The notes beneath the pieces are model-generated. The model searched no databases, was not told the DNA's origin, and worked only from the letters and a program-made list of their open reading frames with translations. From contig BJHQ01000009.1 of NCBI GenBank assembly GCA_014193115.1, positions 56,643 through 120,642 on the forward strand: DNA of 64,000 nucleotides, read 5' to 3'. Position 1 is the stretch's first letter; every line of letters begins with the position of its first letter. The DNA is from Planctomycetota bacterium (GTDB taxonomy: Bacteria > Planctomycetota > UBA11346). This document shows positions 58,358 through 64,000 of this stretch, in pieces. A program made the translations under genes and the position numbers.

Positions 58358-59968
58358 TCACCGCAGCGCAGGCGGATCGCTGGTGGCCGGGTCCCAGGTC
58401 ACCGCGGTGGTCGCGGCCCGGCTGAAGCCGCAGCCCGTGATGACCACGCCGGTCGCGTGATGGAGGTCGATGGCGGCGTGCACTGGTGCGGTGAAGGTGC
58501 AGTCCTCGATGCGGATGTCTCGGCAAACCCGGGCCGCGCCCGGGATTTCCTTGGGCTGGATCAGGAGCGCAGCGCGCCGGAAATAGCCATGCAGGTCCTG
58601 GAAGTCGCAGCCATCGAAGCGGCAGCCGCGGACCGTGACCCGGCACGGGCTGGCCGATTCCTCCCAATCGAACTCCCCGGTCAGATGCAGTCCGGGAGAG
58701 GTGATGTTGGTGAAGGTGCAATCCTCGATCAGGCAGTCGTGGACCGAGCACTTGATGCCACGGCTGGTAATGGCACGGAATGCACAGCGGCGGATGACGG
58801 TGCTCGGAGGCAGCGTGCTGCGCGGATCGATCCAGGTGCCCGGGCCGACCCAGTCCGGCAGGTCGTCGGTGACGGTCACCAGGTTGGCATGTCCGGCCAC
58901 AGAGCAGCTGGCGATGCGGGTGCTGAAGGCCGGCTGGCGGTCCGCGTCGAGAAGGTCGAGCACATCGCCGGGCGACAGGTCCAAGGGCCAGCCCGTGCGG
59001 TGCCGGCTATAGCGGTTGCCGAGATGGATGGGCCGCATCAGGCAGGTTCGCGCACCCCGCCGCTCCGCCACCTGAAGATAAAAGCTATGCACATTGATGC
59101 CGTCATCCGAAGAGCCGGCGAAACGGCAGTCCTCGATCAGGACCGGTCCGGTGATGCCGGTTCCATGGACCAGGTCGCGGGGATGAGAGACGCAGCGCCC
59201 CGGCGCCGGGGCGAAATCGAGGCGGCGCAAGGTCGTTGCCCCGGTACTGCCGATGCTGACAGCGAAGCCGTTGCTGGACGGCATGGCGACATCGGTCATC
59301 TCCAGGGCCGCCAGGTGGTGGCAGGCCAGGCAGGAACCGCCGTCGAAGGCGAAGAACCAGGCCAGCATCTGCCCAGGTGCCGGCGTCCGGTCCAGACGAT
59401 CACCGCCCAGGATCATGACACCTGGATCGGCCGGGTCCTGGACCGCCTCGGCGCACATGGCCCAGTCGATCTTGCCGGCGACCAAGGTCCCATCGGGGGT
59501 GGTGATCGCCACCTGGCGGGCGACCATGCGCGGGGCTCGGGGCGAGCCCGGCACAAGGCGGACGCGGATGGGATCGGACGACTCGACGACACCCAGGGCG
59601 TGGAACCAGGGATCGGCATCGATGCGCAGGTCGCGCAGGGCCGCGCACCCGGGCCCGCTGAGGGCCAGAAAAGGCGGCAGGCCGTGATCGTCGAAGGCTC
59701 CGTGCCAGCAACGCACCAGAGTGGTGCCGCCGTCAGCGCCGGCGATGACAAGGGAGCCCGTGATCGCGGCCTGGAGCCAGGCGCCTAGCGCAGCCGGGGC
59801 CTCGATCCGGATCCGGCCGGGGGGCAATTCGAGCCGGGCATGTCCCGCGGCGATGGCCGCGTCGAGGGCCGCTTGCAGTGCGGCCCGTTGATCGCCTGGG
59901 GCATCGCCGCGGACACCGAAGGCCGTTGCCGCTATGACCACCGGATCAGTCGCGGGGGCGGCGATCAT
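58358..59968 (-). CDS. Right-handed beta-helix alpha-galactosidase-like protein (GH110-like)
   Basis: DLVH, IEDCRF..SSDDGINVHS, SRGI, LIEDCTF, WEES; start inferred at MIAAP. Confidence 0.7.
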   Translation of the reverse strand: MIAAPATDPVVIAATAFGVRGDAPGDQRAALQAALDAAIAAGHARLELPPGRIRIEAPAALGAWLQAAITGSLVIAGADGGTTLVRCWHGAFDDHGLPPFLALSGPGCAALRDLRIDADPWFHALGVVESSDPIRVRLVPGSPRAPRMVARQVAITTPDGTLVAGKIDWAMCAEAVQDPADPGVMILGGDRLDRTPAPGQMLAWFFAFDGGSCLACHHLAALEMTDVAMPSSNGFAVSIGSTGATTLRRLDFAPAPGRCVSHPRDLVHGTGITGPVLIEDCRFAGSSDDGINVHSFYLQVAERRGARTCLMRPIHLGNRYSRHRTGWPLDLSPGDVLDLLDADRQPAFSTRIASCSVAGHANLVTVTDDLPDWVGPGTWIDPRSTLPPSTVIRRCAFRAITSRGIKCSVHDCLIEDCTFTNITSPGLHLTGEFDWEESASPCRVTVRGCRFDGCDFQDLHGYFRRAALLIQPKEIPGAARVCRDIRIEDCTFTAPVHAAIDLHHATGVVITGCGFSRAATTAVTWDPATSDPPALR

Positions 59969-60219
59969 AGCCGGGTCCCAACCGAGGCCGACACCGGAGC
60001 GGCCAGCTGCGGGTCCGGTATCGGAATGGCGACTGCCCAGGGCCAGGGCAAGGCGGCACGAACCAGGGAGCTGACAGCTGGCATCACGCAAGTTTACCTC
60101 GGCTTCCGCCTCTGCCAGGGACAAAGATGGATGGGCATGAGCAAAAGTTGCTGCGCGCCCGACTGGTGTCCGTTCTGGCGATGAGGCAGACCCGGTTCCA
60201 GGAAGTCCCTGCATGTCCA

Positions 60220-60936
60220 TCAACCCGGAGCGGACGGCTGCAGGAAGACTCGGTGCGCAGAGGACGGGACCAGCCCGTCGAGGATGGTGCTGCCGTCAGC
60301 GCTGCGACGCTGGGTGGGCGCTGGTTCGCAGTCCCACTGCCAACCTGGCGGATTGAGCATCCTGATGGTGCGTCGGACCGGGACGCCGCCGGGATCCAAG
60401 GTGAGGGCCGGGCCGAGGGCAGGGACCACGCGCAGCTGACCGCGCATGAGCAGTGCGCCACAGACGGAGGTCTGGGTGAAGGCTCCGGAACTGATCGTCG
60501 TCGGGCCTGTAGCGATGGGTCGGAAGGAGAAGATCCCCTGAATGCCGTCCACCGTCGACGCCGTGCGCGTGAACCCGCCGGCATGGACTTCGCCGGTGGC
60601 GTTGATGTCGGCCAGGGGTCGGCTGTCGGCGACCAACTGCCCTGCCTGGCCCACGGCGGCCGCCCGCTGGCCGGTCAGGCGGAACCGGGCCGGATCGAAG
60701 CGGAGGAAGACGTTCCAGCTCTGGCAGGCTCCGGCGTCGGCCACGCGCACGACGATATCGATGGTCGAGCCCAGCGCCGGCGTGCGGTAGGAGGTCTCGA
60801 TCGTCACCGTCGCGGCCGGGATGGGGGTGGCGGTGGACAGGAGGAGCATGGCGGCGATGCCGATGAACCTGGAGCGGAGCTGCAGGGCGGGGGCGGGTGA
60901 GGATGGGGCAAGTGGCAGAGCGGCAGGTGTACTCAT
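60220..60936 (-). CDS. Secreted cohesin-like domain protein with short C-terminal domain
   Basis: Signal peptide; GSTIDIVVRVAD...SWNVFLRFDPARF and GIFSFRPIATGPTTI match the cohesin beta-sandwich pattern; ATGA overlap with the upstream gene. Confidence 0.65.
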   Translation of the reverse strand: MSTPAALPLAPSSPAPALQLRSRFIGIAAMLLLSTATPIPAATVTIETSYRTPALGSTIDIVVRVADAGACQSWNVFLRFDPARFRLTGQRAAAVGQAGQLVADSRPLADINATGEVHAGGFTRTASTVDGIQGIFSFRPIATGPTTISSGAFTQTSVCGALLMRGQLRVVPALGPALTLDPGGVPVRRTIRMLNPPGWQWDCEPAPTQRRSADGSTILDGLVPSSAHRVFLQPSAPG

Positions 60937-63725
60937 GGCGTACTGACGGTCACGGTCTCGCCGAAGTGCTGAAGAATGACCTGGAGATCCTCCGCCGTGA
61001 CCGCGCCGTCGCGGTTGAGGTCGCCAGGCCCGTTCATGACCGTGATCACGATCGAATTCGGAACGCTGTCGGCCGTTCCGTCATTGGCGATGTATTGGCC
61101 TGCGGTCACCGTCGCCAGCGGACCGGACGTCGCTGGCGGAGTGTAGACGATGGAACCGTCGGCATGGACCACCAGATCCGGATTCGTCCCGGATTGTCGG
61201 AAGGTCAAAGGATCGCCCTGGTCATCGGTGACAAAGCGGCGCAGACCTTGGGCGGCGGCGACCTGCATCGGATGTCCCCGGTACGCGATGAAGGTGGGCG
61301 GTGCGAAGTGCGCCGCCAAGGCGACGGGCGCCGTGTTTGGCTGGTCGATCGCCCAGGTGCGGGAGGCGCTGACGCCAGCGTCGTCGGTCACGCGCATGGT
61401 CATGGTGGTGGTTCGAGGCAGGGGCGCCTGCGGCTCGACCGCAAGATCGACGACGGCCGCCAGCCCGGATATGGGGTAGGTGCGCCACTGTCCCTCGGGG
61501 TCATTGCTGTAACGGTAGCTCCACGTCAGGTAGTTGCCGGTGGCACGGAATATCGGCCGGTTGCTTTCCGCACCGGCTGGTCGTCGCAGGACGGCGCCTG
61601 CAATCGGGGCCGTGATCGCCGGGGGATTCGCCGTCCCGGCCGGCAGAACCCGGAGCAGGGCCTGGCGGGTGGCGGTGGGTCCGACGGTCACCGATCCAGT
61701 GCCAAGGGATGTTCCGCTGACGACCGCGTAGACCGTCTTGGCATCATCCCCAGCAACTGGGGTCAAGGTGCACAACCTGCCGGAGGCACCTTCGATCTGG
61801 GCGTTGCCGAGAAACCAGCTGGCCTGGAGGCCATCCGCCAAGTTGGCATCCCACTGAAAGGCGATGCGGTGCCCGGCGGTCACCGTGGCATCAGCGGGAT
61901 GGCTGAGGAAGTAGACGCCGGTCCCGGACCCGAGCAGGCGCGGTCGCCAGATCGTTTCCAGCCCGGCCTGATCGATCACCGCCTGGGCGGCCGCCGGCAG
62001 CGGCGTCCCGGTGGGCACCTGGATGTTGCCATCCAGGATCGATCTGCCGCTGCTCATGGGGTTGCGATACCAATTTCGGCGCAAGGTGTTCACCGCCTCG
62101 GTGTTGATCGCGATGCTGTACCACGCGTCCAGGAGGACGTTCTCCTCGACGAAGAAGCCGTTGCTGCCGGCATCGAGATAGATCTGGTTCCAACCGGACC
62201 TGACTCCGTAATTTCGGCGGATGGTTGATCCTGGTTGCGCACCAAGGGTATAGATGGCACCGCCATCGATGAGGTGTTCGAATGAGGCCGCATTCCATTG
62301 CGACAGGCGCAGCGGCGGGCAGGGCGTGGTCACGGCGCAGGCAGCCTCGATAAGGTTGGCCTCGACGAGGGTGTTCTGGCAGGACGATGGCGGCACGTCC
62401 TGGCCGCCCCAGCCCCAGCCCCACGAGATCCCGGTGTAGGATGTCGCTCGTATGTGGTTGTGCCGGATCCGGCCGCCATCGACATAGAATCCAAGGATGG
62501 CGACGCTGCCGTGATACTCGTTGGCGATGTTCGAGAACAGGTTGTTGCTGAGGTCGATGTCGACGACACGGTCGGCATCCGTCGGGTGGTGGCTGTGCTG
62601 GTTCCCGACCACCACCCCGCTGGCGGAGATGTCCTCGAAGCGATTGCCGACCACGTCGACCTGTTTGCAGCCGATGCCGAGTTCGAGGCCGCCCGCGCCC
62701 AGGGCGCGGATGGTGTTCCCTTCCAAGCGCAGATCCTCGCACTGGGTGAATTTGATAGCGGATTCCAGGAGCTTCCAGTCCGGAACCGTCTGGCCGAAGT
62801 CCTTGTTCCCGAGGTCGCCGCTGAGGCAGGTTCCAGCTTGGACTTCGCAGAACGCGACGCCGGCGTCGGGCAGGGGACTGGTCGAATGGCTGAAGGTCAA
62901 ATCCCGCAACTCCAAGTGGCGGACCCCGCTTGCCAGGAGCAGCCGGCCCAGGACGGGGATGATGATCTCGCGGTCGTTCGGATCCTCGCCCGCGGCGGCC
63001 ACCAGGCTCAGGCGGCGGTCGACCGGATCGAAGCACCACGAATGGACCGGACCCAGGAGCTCCGGGGCGTTCTCCATCCAGGCGACCTGTCGCGGCTCAT
63101 AGCCGATGTGCCGCTCGATGTTGGCCCAAAAGTTCCGCGGCATCAGCGCGGTGGTCCCGTCCATGCCGGCGACGATGGCGCGCATCTCCTTCCACTCGAT
63201 GCGGATCACGAGTTCGACCGCGGTCGGCCGGGACCAGGTCGCGAGCGGGGTCCCGCTCCACCCGGTCGGCCCCTTCGTCCAGTTCAATGCGGTATAGGTG
63301 CGACCTCGCTGGACCCGCACACCATCGATCCACATCTGCCTGACGTCGGCCTGCGGCACGGTGGCGGTCCAGATCCGCTTGGCCGGATCGCTCAGGATCC
63401 AGCCGCCGACCGGTCGGCCGCCGCTGATCACGGGTCTGGCCCCTTCTGCTGCCCGCCACACCACCGGCGAACCGGGCCGTCCGGAATCCGCAGGGCCCAG
63501 TTCCAGGGTCGAGCTCAGGATGTGGGTGCCCGCGTGCAGGATCAATTGCACCTGCCCGGTGGTTTCCGGCAGAATGCTGCGGGCGGCATCGCGGCCTTCG
63601 CCAAGGGTGGCATAGGGGCGGGCCTGGCTGCCATCGCCACCGAGACTGCCAGGTCTGATATGGATGTCGGCGCAGACCAGGCTGGCCAGGCAGGTGGCGG
63701 CGAGGAGCAGTGTTGCATAGGACAT
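60933..63725 (-). CDS. Secreted GH141-like beta-helix enzyme with Ig/cadherin-like domains and C-terminal dockerin-like motif
   Basis: Close paralog of 50906-52765 over about 600 aa, then Ig-like and Big_9-like domains ([20 protein letters not shown]) and [22 protein letters not shown]. Confidence 0.82.
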   Translation of the reverse strand: MSYATLLLAATCLASLVCADIHIRPGSLGGDGSQARPYATLGEGRDAARSILPETTGQVQLILHAGTHILSSTLELGPADSGRPGSPVVWRAAEGARPVISGGRPVGGWILSDPAKRIWTATVPQADVRQMWIDGVRVQRGRTYTALNWTKGPTGWSGTPLATWSRPTAVELVIRIEWKEMRAIVAGMDGTTALMPRNFWANIERHIGYEPRQVAWMENAPELLGPVHSWCFDPVDRRLSLVAAAGEDPNDREIIIPVLGRLLLASGVRHLELRDLTFSHSTSPLPDAGVAFCEVQAGTCLSGDLGNKDFGQTVPDWKLLESAIKFTQCEDLRLEGNTIRALGAGGLELGIGCKQVDVVGNRFEDISASGVVVGNQHSHHPTDADRVVDIDLSNNLFSNIANEYHGSVAILGFYVDGGRIRHNHIRATSYTGISWGWGWGGQDVPPSSCQNTLVEANLIEAACAVTTPCPPLRLSQWNAASFEHLIDGGAIYTLGAQPGSTIRRNYGVRSGWNQIYLDAGSNGFFVEENVLLDAWYSIAINTEAVNTLRRNWYRNPMSSGRSILDGNIQVPTGTPLPAAAQAVIDQAGLETIWRPRLLGSGTGVYFLSHPADATVTAGHRIAFQWDANLADGLQASWFLGNAQIEGASGRLCTLTPVAGDDAKTVYAVVSGTSLGTGSVTVGPTATRQALLRVLPAGTANPPAITAPIAGAVLRRPAGAESNRPIFRATGNYLTWSYRYSNDPEGQWRTYPISGLAAVVDLAVEPQAPLPRTTTMTMRVTDDAGVSASRTWAIDQPNTAPVALAAHFAPPTFIAYRGHPMQVAAAQGLRRFVTDDQGDPLTFRQSGTNPDLVVHADGSIVYTPPATSGPLATVTAGQYIANDGTADSVPNSIVITVMNGPGDLNRDGAVTAEDLQVILQHFGETVTVSTP

Positions 63726-63753
63726 GAGGAGATGCTCCTGATGAAGGCGGCAG

Positions 63754-63810
63754 TCATGGACGGCGAAGATCAAAGCACCCGCAAGTGCTGGCAACTAAGG
63801 AAAAACCGGG
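63754..63810 (-). pseudogene. Degenerate relic of a PQQ-propeller gene 3' end
   Basis: Reads RFFLSCQHL/CFDLRRP* with a 1-nt insertion, versus RVFFRGCRHLWCYDLRRP* at 52793. Confidence 0.65.
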
Positions 63811-64000
63811 GAAGCTGACCGCGGGGTCGGTGAAGTCCCGCCCTGGTCGAAGTTCAAGCGCCAGGCATTGGCAAGGATGATCGTCCCTGGTTGGCGGATG
63901 GCGACTGGAAGGTCAATACGAGATGGCATGAACCAAAGAGCTGATAGCAGGCATTATCGCATAGATGCCTCAGGAACCATCTTCGCCAGGGACGAGGATG

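Overview
GC-rich bacterial DNA, most likely Planctomycetota. Support for that: the DUF1592/DUF1552 cytochrome pair, PQQ-like propellers, a prenyltransferase-repeat protein and a giant DUF4175-like protein. All family assignments are motif recognition by eye; no database search was run. Four zones. (1) 1-3.8 kb: an Rpn/YhgA-like PD-(D/E)xK nuclease with a strong internal RBS+ATG (candidate intragenic antitoxin), a second stand-alone copy of its 3' end, and AT-rich toxin-tip/immunity-like ORFs between and beyond them. (2) 4-36.8 kb, mostly core genes: prenyltransferase-repeat protein, 2665-aa PA14-containing protein, LacI-TIM barrel-ThuA-Gfo/Idh/MocA sugar operon interrupted by about 0.9 kb of triloop-hairpin/REP-like mosaic, GH63, RsbW/RsbU/pgpA/ptsH/phosphoesterase, flgH-flgI-flgJ-like-flgN, mreC, HIT/GNAT/PaiB/APH, and prlC. 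(3) 36.9-39.8 kb: collapsed gene fragments around a GH63-like gene. (4) 39.9-64 kb: glycan-utilisation island with DUF1552/DUF1592, an XylR-type regulator and a minus-strand run where secreted CAZymes alternate with PQQ-like beta-propellers, headed by a dockerin-tagged beta-helix enzyme and a cohesin-like protein. No rRNA, tRNA or CRISPR array was seen.
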